A stretch of 64,000 nt of DNA from Candidatus Saccharimonadales bacterium (GCA_038213615.1 JBBQSV010000001.1:4032-68031), one strand, 5' to 3'. Positions 35,714-45,446 are shown, counted from the first letter of the stretch. Numbers and translations are program-made. The notes: a model not told the origin generated them from the sequence alone.

Positions 35714-36408
35714 GATGCTTTACCCGGCTTTACGTTATAGCGTGCGTTGGCCCGATCGCTGACAATTTTGCCATCAGCAATGGTAATAACCCGACGGCGC
35801 AATTTATTAACTATGTCTTGGTTATGGGTAGTCAGAATCACGGTGGTGCCGTAGCGATTTATTTTTTCTAGCACCTTGATGACATCCCAGGCGTGTTTGG
35901 GGTCTAGGTTGCCGGTAGGTTCGTCGGCTATCAGAATCTTGGGCTGGCGCACAATGGCTCTGGCAATGGCCACCCGTTGGCGTTCACCACCAGATAGTTC
36001 TAGTGGCATACGCTTTTCTTTGCCCTTCAGTCCCACAATGTCCAGCACCCTAGGCACGGTGTGTTTGATCTCTTTGTTGCCGTAGCCTACGATCTCTAGC
36101 GCAAAGGCTACGTTTTCAAAGACGTTACGGTTGGCTAGCAGTTTAAAGTCTTGGAACACTACCCCTATCTTGCGGCGCAGCAAGGGAATATCACGGTCTT
36201 TTAGTTTGTCGTAATCTAGTCCACCAACAACAATCTTACCAGCGGTTTGACGCTCTTCGCGGGTGAGTAACTTTAGTAGCGTGGATTTACCCGCCCCACT
36301 CTTGCCAATTACAATCACGAACTCTTTGGGTTCGACGTGCAAAGTAATGCGGTCTAGGGCAGTACTATTTTGGTTATAGGTTTTGGTAACTCGGTCCAAC
36401 AAAATCAT
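35710..36408 (-). CDS. ftsE: cell division ATP-binding protein FtsE
   Basis: Walker A (GKSGAGKST), signature (LSGGERQR) and Walker B (ILIADEP). Confidence 0.9.
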   Translation of the reverse strand: MILLDRVTKTYNQNSTALDRITLHVEPKEFVIVIGKSGAGKSTLLKLLTREERQTAGKIVVGGLDYDKLKDRDIPLLRRKIGVVFQDFKLLANRNVFENVAFALEIVGYGNKEIKHTVPRVLDIVGLKGKEKRMPLELSGGERQRVAIARAIVRQPKILIADEPTGNLDPKHAWDVIKVLEKINRYGTTVILTTHNQDIVNKLRRRVITIADGKIVSDRANARYNVKPGKAS

Positions 36409-36448
36409 GTAGAACCATTATAGCAAACTGTTTAAGCTGCAAGAGTTT

Positions 36449-37933
36449 CTAGCTTATAGCACCATAGCCTGGCCTTAAGCGGCTATAGACTACCCTGTTC
36501 TTTCGCGTGTTGGGGTCACATACTATGCGACGCATTTCAACTGTCGCCCGACTATCGGGTCGGTGCCACATATTGTTTACATCTTCAGCAATATCATTAT
36601 CAGACCAACCCTGGGCTTTAAGTAGTAATAGGTGGTCGCCAAGCGTTGGACCGGCAACACCCATAGTATCTCGCCATTTTTGAGCCCAGGACTCTAAGTA
36701 AATCATGGCTTTTCGTAACCAAGTACCGTCCACGAGTGAACCTTTTGTGGCCTCTACCACCAAGGATGGATCAATACCATATAGAATCCTCAGGAAAGCT
36801 TGCGGCAAATCACCCAAATCTTGAGAGCCAAACTTCTCAAGCAGTTGATCGCCTTGCAAGCTTTGGTTGAGCTTGTCCGTAATCAGGTTTGCGATCTGTA
36901 TGGTGGCAGTGATTGGGATGCCAAGTTGTATATCGCCCTTTTCTCGAGTATGTCGTAGCTTATCATAGGCAGCCACTATTGTCTTAGCAACTTGATCATG
37001 TTCGGCAATTTTCACAATACTAAATAAAATGACTTCTGGCATGTGATCGACAACTTCTGATAGATCCCCAAGTCCAATAAAGCCTTCCGCCCTAAGGTCC
37101 CCCTCAATCTTTTCTAATCCAGCTTTTGTAGGTTGCGGTGGCGGATTATAATCCTCTATTAGCTGCTGGCTTGGCCTATTACCAAAGCCTTCATAACCTT
37201 CATGTGCAAGCAAGGCCCGTAGCCTTACACCTGTAAATACTTCTGCTGTGTCTAGTCGATCCTCCCGTGACCTTACTAGTCCCTCTGCGATGCCCCTACA
37301 AGTCACCTGTGCTTCATCAGGCGAACGTAATTTTCTTGCTTCAATCAACTGCGTGAAAACTGGCAATACTAGTTCGGCGGCCTGTTTGGGGTCTGCCTCA
37401 GCCGTCTCAGGATTCTCTACTAAACGTACGCCGGCACTTACCAGTGCACGCGTCAAGCCACGGGGCGCTGGCTCACGCCAAACAGAGTTAACCTCTACAA
37501 AATCATAGACTTCAGTTAGCTTTGATAGCTGGGCAGTATCTTCAGCCAGTGTAGTTAGTTTTAAGAGCGTCCTTACGTAAAGTCTATGCTCATCCCGTTG
37601 TCGCAAACGAACTAAAGCTTCTTTCTTAAAGGCTTCAAAAGTAGTGTAGTTTCCCACCACGACACCCAGACCCTGAGCCTCTTTACTGGCATTTATGACA
37701 TCTCGCTTATAGGCTTCGCTGGCATAGTTTTTTTTGTCAGGATCATGAAAATCATTCCAGGCTCGTCCAAACCGGAATGAAACCGAGTGCTCATACCTAC
37801 CAACTATAGTATTGGGAAGCGGCTGATCTAATAAATATTGAAGTATCTCGCCCGTTTCGCCCGCCAATACAGAATGCAAATCTACTGCTTCGTTATTAGG
37901 GCCTAGGACTATGTCGCCATTATCTACGGTCAT
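36449..37933 (-). CDS. hypothetical 494-aa cytoplasmic protein
   Basis: Long unopposed ORF directly behind a perfect consensus promoter. No motif recognised. Confidence 0.7.
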   Translation of the reverse strand: MTVDNGDIVLGPNNEAVDLHSVLAGETGEILQYLLDQPLPNTIVGRYEHSVSFRFGRAWNDFHDPDKKNYASEAYKRDVINASKEAQGLGVVVGNYTTFEAFKKEALVRLRQRDEHRLYVRTLLKLTTLAEDTAQLSKLTEVYDFVEVNSVWREPAPRGLTRALVSAGVRLVENPETAEADPKQAAELVLPVFTQLIEARKLRSPDEAQVTCRGIAEGLVRSREDRLDTAEVFTGVRLRALLAHEGYEGFGNRPSQQLIEDYNPPPQPTKAGLEKIEGDLRAEGFIGLGDLSEVVDHMPEVILFSIVKIAEHDQVAKTIVAAYDKLRHTREKGDIQLGIPITATIQIANLITDKLNQSLQGDQLLEKFGSQDLGDLPQAFLRILYGIDPSLVVEATKGSLVDGTWLRKAMIYLESWAQKWRDTMGVAGPTLGDHLLLLKAQGWSDNDIAEDVNNMWHRPDSRATVEMRRIVCDPNTRKNRVVYSRLRPGYGAIS

Positions 37934-37943
37934 GATTATTTAT

Positions 37944-37972
37944 ATTATACCTGTTTTTTACACATATGTCAA
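37944..37972 (-). promoter_or_regulatory. perfect sigma70-type consensus promoter TTGACA-17-TATAAT
   Basis: The minus strand reads TTGACAtatgtgtaaaaaacaggTATAAT. The -10 box ends 10 nt before ATG 37933, with no Shine-Dalgarno. Confidence 0.6.
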
Positions 37973-38004
37973 AAACGTGACCATGTCGTTAACTCGTACT
38001 CAAG

Positions 38005-38181
38005 CTAACTTTCTATAAACTTATCCCGATTACTGTCCAGTACAACGTCTGGGTCACTAGGCAGCTGGGCCAAAATATATTCCAGTATCTGATCACTATC
38101 ACCTTGTAAAACCCCCTGTAAATCCACAGGGTACTTAACCGCCTCGCCCGATTCCGCAGTTTGATCAAAATTATCAGTCAT
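38005..38181 (-). CDS. 58-aa highly acidic small protein (below ORF-track cutoff)
   Basis: Hand translation: MTDNFDQTAESGEAVKYPVDLQGVLQGDSDQILEYILAQLPSDPDVVLDSNRDKFIES. A promoter -10 box lies 9 nt from the ATG. Confidence 0.4.
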   Translation of the reverse strand: MTDNFDQTAESGEAVKYPVDLQGVLQGDSDQILEYILAQLPSDPDVVLDSNRDKFIES

Positions 38182-38190
38182 GTAACAGAT

Positions 38191-38218
38191 ATTATATACT
38201 TTTTCACTAATACTTCAA
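38191..38218 (-). promoter_or_regulatory. candidate promoter TTGAAG-16-TATAAT
   Basis: The -10 box ends 9 nt before ATG 38181. Confidence 0.45.
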
Positions 38219-38399
38219 GCCAAGGACCCCTGTTTTGCCAGCCGACTGTGTGTTCCGGGTAAGTGTTGATGTGTGAACCTGCCCATATGAATTACCTTCG
38301 TCGATATCAAAATTTGCTGAACCATAAGCCAAACTATAGACATAAGCGTTATTTGCAAGTAAACTTAGGATCAATACTTAGAATCAATTAAGGTAAACA

Positions 38400-39527
38400 A
38401 TGGATATTAACAGCCCCAAACAACCAAGCCCGCCAAATCCGGTTTATGAGCACCCCGCTATGGTTGCTACTAGTCCCCTTGCGGCGCCAGCCGCCCCAGC
38501 GAACAACCAACCTGCCCAGGTATTTGGTACACCCGCACCTGCTCAGCATCAGGCCACTTCGGCCGGGCTGGTAGTTTTACAGTGGTTGACTTACGCCTTT
38601 TGGGGCTGGACGGTATTGGCTCTATCATTCCTAACCAGCACAGTTATTGGTAGCTTTATGAACAATAACGACCTGGGTTCTAGTATCGCACCCTACACCA
38701 TCGCCGCGGTTATAGTGTTGCTACCAATATCTGTAATCTGCGATGTCTTCTACTCTAAACATGAACCAGACAAAAAAACTGGTGCGGCTATGGTTGTCAT
38801 GGTTATCCACGCTGTCTTCTTTGCGTTTTTTGGCATTGGGTCACTAATAGCTGTAGCATTCTGCCTAGTTGGATTATTTACCGACAGCTCTCAGCACACC
38901 AGCACATTAGTGGCTCTTTACAGTGCGATGATCATTGCCGTATTCTATGCAGTCACTTTTTTGAGAACCCTACACCCGGCTAAGTTTAGTTGGATCAAGC
39001 GTGTTTACAGCATATTCATGGTTGTCTTTGTTGGTGTCATTGCCATTCTTGGTTTTGTGGGCCCAGTGGCAAAAGCCCACCAGACCAAAGATGACAAGCT
39101 AATAGAGTCTGGCCTGTCCTCTGTAACCACGGCCGTAACTAACTATGCCACCACCAACAGCAAGCTCCCCGACAATCTACAAACCTTGACCCTAGACGGT
39201 GACGCAAAGACGTTGGTTAACCGCAACCTGATACGCTATACCGCAAATACACCTCCAGTCACACAATCAACCAATAGCCTCCAGAGCGCCCTACAGGCCA
39301 AAACCAACCCGGGGGTCAGCCTAAACAGTAGTTCATACCTTAATCAGTCGCAGATACCAACTGTTTACTACTACACATTTTGTGTAACCTATAAAAAGAA
39401 GTCGTCGTTCTACAACACGACACCAAACTATAGCAATTCTCTGCAAGGCGACGGCTACACCACAAGTCCAGACAGCTATTCACACCCAGCCGGTGAAGTC
39501 TGCTACAAACTGAAAACTGGCTATTAG
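38400..39527 (+). CDS. polytopic membrane protein with Pro/Ala-rich N-tail and pilin-like C-terminal ectodomain
   Basis: About 5 TM helices. After the last TM comes KDDKLIESGLSSVTTAVTNYATTNSKLPDNLQTL, which resembles the start of a type IV pilin globular domain. Two C-terminal Cys are 44 residues apart. Confidence 0.65.
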   Translation: MDINSPKQPSPPNPVYEHPAMVATSPLAAPAAPANNQPAQVFGTPAPAQHQATSAGLVVLQWLTYAFWGWTVLALSFLTSTVIGSFMNNNDLGSSIAPYTIAAVIVLLPISVICDVFYSKHEPDKKTGAAMVVMVIHAVFFAFFGIGSLIAVAFCLVGLFTDSSQHTSTLVALYSAMIIAVFYAVTFLRTLHPAKFSWIKRVYSIFMVVFVGVIAILGFVGPVAKAHQTKDDKLIESGLSSVTTAVTNYATTNSKLPDNLQTLTLDGDAKTLVNRNLIRYTANTPPVTQSTNSLQSALQAKTNPGVSLNSSSYLNQSQIPTVYYYTFCVTYKKKSSFYNTTPNYSNSLQGDGYTTSPDSYSHPAGEVCYKLKTGY

Positions 39528-39530
39528 TAA

Positions 39531-40616
39531 CTACCCTCCCAAGGAATGTTCCAGATAGGCATCGATCAGATCGTCTAGATTGCCATCTAGTACACCGTCT
39601 ATATCACTAGTTTCGTAGCGGGTACGCAAATCTTTGACCTGTTTGTAGGGGTGCAATACGTAGCTGCGGATTTGGTTACCCCAAGCTGCTTGTTCGTTGG
39701 GGCCTTTTAGGTCACGCACGTTTTGCTGGTGCTGCTCTTCTGACAGCTGGGCTAGTTTGGAACGCAAGATTGTCATGGCTGTTTCTTTGTTTTGCAGCTG
39801 CGACCTTTCGTTCTGAATAGAGACCACGATATTGGTTGGCAAGTGCGTGACACGCACTGCCGAGTCTGTGGTATTTACTGACTGGCCGCCTTTGCCGCCG
39901 CTCCTGAATACATCGATCTTTAAATCTTTGTCGTCGATTTCTACTTCGTTGGGCTGATCAATTTGCGGCAGAACTTCTACCTTGGCAAAGCTGGTTTGGC
40001 GCAAGTTATCAGAGTTAAACGGGCTGAGCCGTACTAACCGGTGCACACCGTGCTCGCTCTTTAGTTGGCCATATACAAACTTGCCACTTAGCTGCATGGA
40101 CACACTTTTGATGCCGGCTTCTTCGCCATCTGATTGGTCGATAGATTTGACTTCTACATCGTGTTTTTCAGCCCAGCGCACGTACATACGCAGTAGCATC
40201 TGGGCCCAATCTTGGGCATCGGTGCCACCGGCACCGGCGTAAATACTGAGTATGGCGTTATAGCTGTCGTGTGGGCCGGCAAACTTTAGCTCGCCCCGCA
40301 AATCATCAAAATCCTTTTGGGCCTGGGTTAATTGATTGGTTAGATCGTCAGCTAGGCTGGCATCGCCCAAACTAGCCATTTCTACAATGTCTTTAATTGC
40401 CGCCTCTAATTTTTGCCAGGGCTTTACTCTAACCTCTAGACTAGATTTTTGCTTCATCACTTCCTGGGCCTGCAAATTATCAGACCAAAAATCAGCCTGA
40501 CTAGACTTGGCCTCTAACTCGATTAGCTGGGTAGCCAAATCGTCGATCTTTAGCTTGCCCATGGCAGCTTGTACGCTGGCCAGCAGTTCGGTAGCAGACT
40601 TATTTACATCTTGCAT
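39531..40616 (-). CDS. prfB: peptide chain release factor 2 (single uninterrupted ORF)
   Basis: SPF tripeptide (RLSPFNS) and GGQ (SGGKGGQSVNTTDSAVR). No +1 frameshift site. Confidence 0.95.
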   Translation of the reverse strand: MQDVNKSATELLASVQAAMGKLKIDDLATQLIELEAKSSQADFWSDNLQAQEVMKQKSSLEVRVKPWQKLEAAIKDIVEMASLGDASLADDLTNQLTQAQKDFDDLRGELKFAGPHDSYNAILSIYAGAGGTDAQDWAQMLLRMYVRWAEKHDVEVKSIDQSDGEEAGIKSVSMQLSGKFVYGQLKSEHGVHRLVRLSPFNSDNLRQTSFAKVEVLPQIDQPNEVEIDDKDLKIDVFRSGGKGGQSVNTTDSAVRVTHLPTNIVVSIQNERSQLQNKETAMTILRSKLAQLSEEQHQQNVRDLKGPNEQAAWGNQIRSYVLHPYKQVKDLRTRYETSDIDGVLDGNLDDLIDAYLEHSLGG

Positions 40617-40644
40617 AACAATCCCGATTATAACAGTCGCTGGT

Positions 40645-41928
40645 TCAGGACCACAGGCTAGAAATTTGAGCGTGTAGTTTGTCTACTAACTCGTTGCCTG
40701 GGCTGCCCAAGATGCCAATGCCCCACACCCCGTCCTTGAACATAGCGTTGGTGATATCCACAATCTGTTCGCGGCTAATGGCTTTGATGCGTTCTGGTAC
40801 CTGATAGTAATCCTCTACCTGCTCGTCAAAAAAGTATCGATTGCTGTAGCCGCTAGCCACCCCACCGACGGTTTGCCCACTACGTTGATACCTGCCCAAG
40901 GCGTATTGCTGAGCAGCCACAATGTCATCTTGCGATATAGCGCCTTCAAACAACTGCATCAACTGCTCCACGATTATGGCAAAAAGTAGTTCGGCATTTT
41001 TGGGTGTCACTTGTGCACCAAACCACCAGTTACTACTGAGTTTAGTTTCGCCCAGCCCAGAACTCATACCGTACACCAACCCACGTTCGCGGGCCGTACC
41101 CAAGATTCTGGAATACAAAGTCTCGGTTAGCATACTGTTGATCAGCTGCAAGGCATCGCTTTCTGGCTCTGTCAGGCGGCGATTCATAAAAGTATTGATG
41201 TAAAAATATAAGTTTTTCACGCTTTTGTTGGGTATGTAGAGGGGTTTGGTGAGCTTTACTGGCTTCTCATCTGGCAGATCTAGGCGCTTGCCTTTGTCTA
41301 GTTCCATGTCATTCAGCATTTGTTTTAGCTGTTGTTGGCGAGCCTGGGTTAGTTTGCCGGCAATCACAAAACGCATGTTACTGGTGGTATGAGTCTTTTT
41401 GTAATGTTTCTTTACGTCGTCTACTGTGACGTTGTCCATCAGCTTTAGTCGCTCTTGGTCGAGCGCACAGTAAAAACCACTGGCTTGGCGCAGGGCTAGG
41501 CTGAGATGACGAAAATGATTGTTAGACCTAGATTCTAGCTCTTCGCGTACGTTACTGAATTCTGACGCGAATTCCTCGTCCAAAAACAGTGGCTTGGTGA
41601 TGGCCGTTAGCAACAGTTCTACTATGCGGTCCCATTCAAAATCGGCACACTCGGCCTCGTAAATAATGTCGTAAGCATCGGTGCTGGCGTTATTGTAGGC
41701 GCCATTTTTTTCGAATTCCGCCTGGAACTGCCGGGCCCGTGGGATCAGCTCGTTGGCTCCTAGTAAAATGTGTTCCATCAGGTGTGGGGTTTCCCACTTC
41801 TTTTTTGTTACCAGATATTCACCGGCTCGGAAGTTGATTTCCATGGTCATTACCGTGGCATCTGGCACATGAATAAACAATCCACGTCCACCGTTTTTTA
41901 GCTTAACTTCTGTGACTTTGTGCTTCAT
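40645..41928 (-). CDS. M16 (pitrilysin/insulinase) family zinc peptidase
   Basis: Inverted zinc motif HxxEH (HLMEH). Confidence 0.85.
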   Translation of the reverse strand: MKHKVTEVKLKNGGRGLFIHVPDATVMTMEINFRAGEYLVTKKKWETPHLMEHILLGANELIPRARQFQAEFEKNGAYNNASTDAYDIIYEAECADFEWDRIVELLLTAITKPLFLDEEFASEFSNVREELESRSNNHFRHLSLALRQASGFYCALDQERLKLMDNVTVDDVKKHYKKTHTTSNMRFVIAGKLTQARQQQLKQMLNDMELDKGKRLDLPDEKPVKLTKPLYIPNKSVKNLYFYINTFMNRRLTEPESDALQLINSMLTETLYSRILGTARERGLVYGMSSGLGETKLSSNWWFGAQVTPKNAELLFAIIVEQLMQLFEGAISQDDIVAAQQYALGRYQRSGQTVGGVASGYSNRYFFDEQVEDYYQVPERIKAISREQIVDITNAMFKDGVWGIGILGSPGNELVDKLHAQISSLWS

Positions 41929-41972
41929 AAACTTACTACTACTGTAACCTTCTGACTTCCATCTTCTACATT

Positions 41973-44579
41973 CTACTTTCTACGCTTACCTTTTGCCCGG
42001 CGCTGGCGTTCGGCCTTACGCGCCTTTTTGATCTTAGTCTTCTTTTTCTGGGCGGTTTCGTGTTCTTCTTTGACTGGCACAAAGTCAGTTTCATGAAATT
42101 CATCGGCCTCGATAATCCGATCGGCATTGTCTACAGAATGTCGGGCTGCCTTGGTCAGTTCCGTTTCTACTGGCGCGTTAGCCTGGCCTTCGCTGACTGG
42201 CTGAGCATTAAACATTGCATTGACGACTTCGTGGCGTAAGGTGTTCTGCATTTCCTCGAACATGTGCTGACCCTGACGACGATATTCCACCAGCGGGTCT
42301 CGCTGACCGACGCTAATCCAGTGGATACCTTCGCGCATGTGGTCCATATTTTCTAAGTGCTGCATCCATAAATTATCTAGAATCTGTAAATATATATCGC
42401 GTTCCACTTTACGCATAATCTCTGGAGTAAAGTCTGCTTCACGAGCTTTGTACAGTTTATCGGCCTCTTGGCCCAATACCTTGGCAAAAGCACTGGTTTC
42501 GGTGTCGAACAGACGGTCTAGGGTAGCACTATCAAATGGGAATGATTCGACTACTATTGATTCAAACTGATCTGTTAACATCTGTGGTGAACCAGCCAGG
42601 GCCTTGACCTCTTCAGCAATAAATAACTTTATACGCTTGCTGATATCGTTTTGCTGCAAAATCTCGCGTCGCATGGCGTAGGTAGCTTTGCGGTGGCGGT
42701 TCATGACGTCGTCATACTGAACAACATTTTTGCGCGAATCAAAATTATAGCCCTCTACCTTTTCCTGGGCAGATTCTAGACTTTTGCTGATAACGCGGTT
42801 CTCAATAGGTGTTTCGTCGTCTACTCCCAAGCGGTTCATAATGGAACCGATCCGGTCCCCACCAAAGATACGCATCAGATCGTCCTCGGTACTGACAAAG
42901 AATTGTGTCACACCTGGGTCGCCCTGACGTCCAGCACGACCACGTAGCTGGTTGTCTACACGGCGTGATTCGTGCCGTTCACTACCCATCACAAATAGTC
43001 CACCGGCCTCTTTGACGCCTTCGCCCAGCACGATGTCCGTACCACGGCCAGCGATGTTGGTGGCCAGTGTCACGGCTCCCTTTTGGCCAGCCTTGGCAAC
43101 CGTAGTGGCCTCGCGCTCATTGTTTTTAGCGTTTAACATTTGGTGTGGCACACCGGATTTCTTTAGCAAATCACTCAGCACCTCGTTCTTGTCTATAGAT
43201 GCGCTACCAATGAGTACCGGCTGGCCTTTTTGGTGTAGCACTTTGACTTCTTTGATAATGGCCTTGAACTTGCCCAGCTCTGTCTTATATATACGGTCTG
43301 GTCGGTCTTCTCGCACTATTGGTCGGTTGGACGGGATCTCTACCACGTCTAGTTTGTAGATCTGGTGGAACTCCTCGGCCTCGGTATTGGCGGTACCGGT
43401 CATACCAGATAGCTTTTCGTATAGACGGAAATAGTTCTGGAAAGAAATGGTAGCCAGCGTCATGGATTCTTCTTGGACTTCTACGTTCTCTTTGGCTTCA
43501 ATGGCTTGGTGCAAGCCTTCGTTATAACGACGACCTTTTAGCAAACGGCCGGTGAATTCGTCTACAATCACTACCTCGCCGTCGCCAGTCACCACGTAAT
43601 CTTTATCTCGTTTGAACAAAGCCTGAGCCCGCAAAGCTTGGTCTAGGTGATAAATAGTCCGGATGTTTGCCGTGTCATATAGGCCGGTGATATCTAAAAC
43701 CTTTTCGACTTTATCGATACCTTCATCCGTCAGGACTACAGTTTTACGTTTTTCGTCTTTTTCATAATCGGTGTCTTCTTTTAACTGGCGCACAATTTTG
43801 GAAAACTGCGAATAAGAACTACCGCTAGTTACGGACGGCGCCGAAATAATCAGTGGCGTCCGGGCCTCGTCTATCAATATCGAGTCTACCTCGTCCACAA
43901 TGGCGTAGTTCAGGGGACGTTGGCGCAACTGGTCGACCTCGCGCACCATGTTGTCACGCAGGTAGTCGAAACCAAATTCGTTGTTGGTGCCGTAGGTCAC
44001 ATCGGCCGCATAGGCCTCTTGCCTGGTGGCTGGTTTTAGGTGACGCATGCGTGGATCATCGTGATCTTTGTTATCAAACTTGGGGTCAAATATAAATGAT
44101 TCGTCGGCGATGATAACCCCGGTGGTTAACCCTAGACGGTCATAAACTTGCCCCATCCAGCCAGCATCACGCTGAGCCAGATATTCGTTGACCGTCACTA
44201 CATGTACGCCCTGGCCTGTTAGGCCATTTAGATACACCGGTAGCGTAGCTACCAAAGTCTTACCTTCACCAGTTTTCATTTCGGCCACTTTGCCCTCGTG
44301 CAGCACCATGCCACCCACTAGCTGAACATCAAAGTGCCGCTGGCCCAGAGTGCGAGTGGCTGTCTCGCGCACAAGTGCAAAAGCATCAGGCAAAATTTTG
44401 TCTAGTGATTCTTTTTTGAGTCGTTCTTTTAGTTTTTCGGTCTGGGTCCGCAAATCCTTATCGTTGAAGTTTTTGTACTTGTCGGCCAAGGCATTAACAT
44501 CTTTAACCCGGCGTCGCATACGCTTGAGGGTCTTGATTTGTGGATCACCTAAAACACGTTTAACAAGTTTGTTGTTCAT
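41973..44579 (-). CDS. secA: preprotein translocase ATPase SecA
   Basis: MKTGEGKTLVA Walker A, DEVDSILIDEARTPLIIS and TNMAGRGTDI-like (TNIAGRGTDI) motifs. Basic C-terminal tail. Confidence 0.97.
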   Translation of the reverse strand: MNNKLVKRVLGDPQIKTLKRMRRRVKDVNALADKYKNFNDKDLRTQTEKLKERLKKESLDKILPDAFALVRETATRTLGQRHFDVQLVGGMVLHEGKVAEMKTGEGKTLVATLPVYLNGLTGQGVHVVTVNEYLAQRDAGWMGQVYDRLGLTTGVIIADESFIFDPKFDNKDHDDPRMRHLKPATRQEAYAADVTYGTNNEFGFDYLRDNMVREVDQLRQRPLNYAIVDEVDSILIDEARTPLIISAPSVTSGSSYSQFSKIVRQLKEDTDYEKDEKRKTVVLTDEGIDKVEKVLDITGLYDTANIRTIYHLDQALRAQALFKRDKDYVVTGDGEVVIVDEFTGRLLKGRRYNEGLHQAIEAKENVEVQEESMTLATISFQNYFRLYEKLSGMTGTANTEAEEFHQIYKLDVVEIPSNRPIVREDRPDRIYKTELGKFKAIIKEVKVLHQKGQPVLIGSASIDKNEVLSDLLKKSGVPHQMLNAKNNEREATTVAKAGQKGAVTLATNIAGRGTDIVLGEGVKEAGGLFVMGSERHESRRVDNQLRGRAGRQGDPGVTQFFVSTEDDLMRIFGGDRIGSIMNRLGVDDETPIENRVISKSLESAQEKVEGYNFDSRKNVVQYDDVMNRHRKATYAMRREILQQNDISKRIKLFIAEEVKALAGSPQMLTDQFESIVVESFPFDSATLDRLFDTETSAFAKVLGQEADKLYKAREADFTPEIMRKVERDIYLQILDNLWMQHLENMDHMREGIHWISVGQRDPLVEYRRQGQHMFEEMQNTLRHEVVNAMFNAQPVSEGQANAPVETELTKAARHSVDNADRIIEADEFHETDFVPVKEEHETAQKKKTKIKKARKAERQRRAKGKRRK

Positions 44580-44837
44580 TCACCATCCTCTTTGCAAACT
44601 CAGTAAAATACTAGACGCAGGACCTTTATATTATAGGTTAGATTGCAGCTGACAGGTGAAGTTTACGAAAAGTTTTTTATCTTTTTGAGGTGTAACCAAG
44701 GTTACATCGATAAAAGAAAAAATCTTTGCAGCCCTTCATGTGGCGGCTGAAGCTGGCCGATGATATAAAAGTCCTGCGAATATTGTACCCCAAAGGGGTT
44801 AAATTTCAGAAGTAATTTTACCACTTTTGTGGTGGGC

Positions 44838-45446
44838 CTAGACTTGAGCACTTTGCGTGGGCGTAGCCTGCCCCAGACTCTTTATGTCGTTGTGTGCCCG
44901 CATAGCATCAACAAACAGTATTATGTTCAATATACCGAACCCTCGACCGCTAGTTATTAACCCCAGCACAGCCAATATGATCAGGTAAATCATCAGCCTC
45001 ACTAATAGCTTGTCGCTTGTGGCAAGTGTTTGAGTATCTACCTTCTTTAGTTTGAGCCCCATCCATATCAGTATGCCACCCTGGATAAGCCCTAATACCA
45101 CAGATACTGCCAGTACCTCTGTCAGATTAGACTTGGCTACAGTTAAGTTGGGGTTGTCATTACTTTTGCTCATGGCATACAATGCCAGACTCAGAATTGG
45201 CACGACTGCCACGACTAAACAGCCTAGTACTAATGACCAGGTGCCCGTAGTGTGCACGTGTTTAAGTGCTTTTTCGGTATCAGATTGTGGATTAATATTC
45301 GCAGACGCAGGTACAGGGTTTGTAGTTGGTGGCACCGGGCTAGGATTTGGTTGCGCTACCTCACCAGTAACAGGGTTTGTTTGTGTATCTGGTATTGGAT
45401 TTTCTAGCATCGTTTTAAGCATAACCTCAGTGTACGTTATTTGCAA
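44838..45446 (-). CDS. membrane protein with Pro-rich N-terminal tail, unknown function
   Basis: Four hydrophobic helices; no motif recognised. Confidence 0.55.
   Translation of the reverse strand: MQITYTEVMLKTMLENPIPDTQTNPVTGEVAQPNPSPVPPTTNPVPASANINPQSDTEKALKHVHTTGTWSLVLGCLVVAVVPILSLALYAMSKSNDNPNLTVAKSNLTEVLAVSVVLGLIQGGILIWMGLKLKKVDTQTLATSDKLLVRLMIYLIILAVLGLITSGRGFGILNIILFVDAMRAHNDIKSLGQATPTQSAQV

Noticed and set aside
39531-40616. Looked for the programmed +1 frameshift (CUU UGA C) common in bacterial prfB.
   Set aside because: RF2 is encoded as one continuous 361-aa ORF from an N-terminus that aligns with full-length RF2, so there is no frameshift site. This is noted only as a lineage trait.
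44616-44778. An 8-nt long-range inverted repeat (CGCAGGAC / GTCCTGCG) spanning 150 nt upstream of secA, considered as a structured leader.
   Set aside because: A TATAAT-containing promoter and a good AAGAGGA Shine-Dalgarno place the secA 5' UTR downstream of most of this region. The interval is better explained by terminator-like hairpins of the upstream membrane-protein gene, and an 8-mer pairing alone is not significant.
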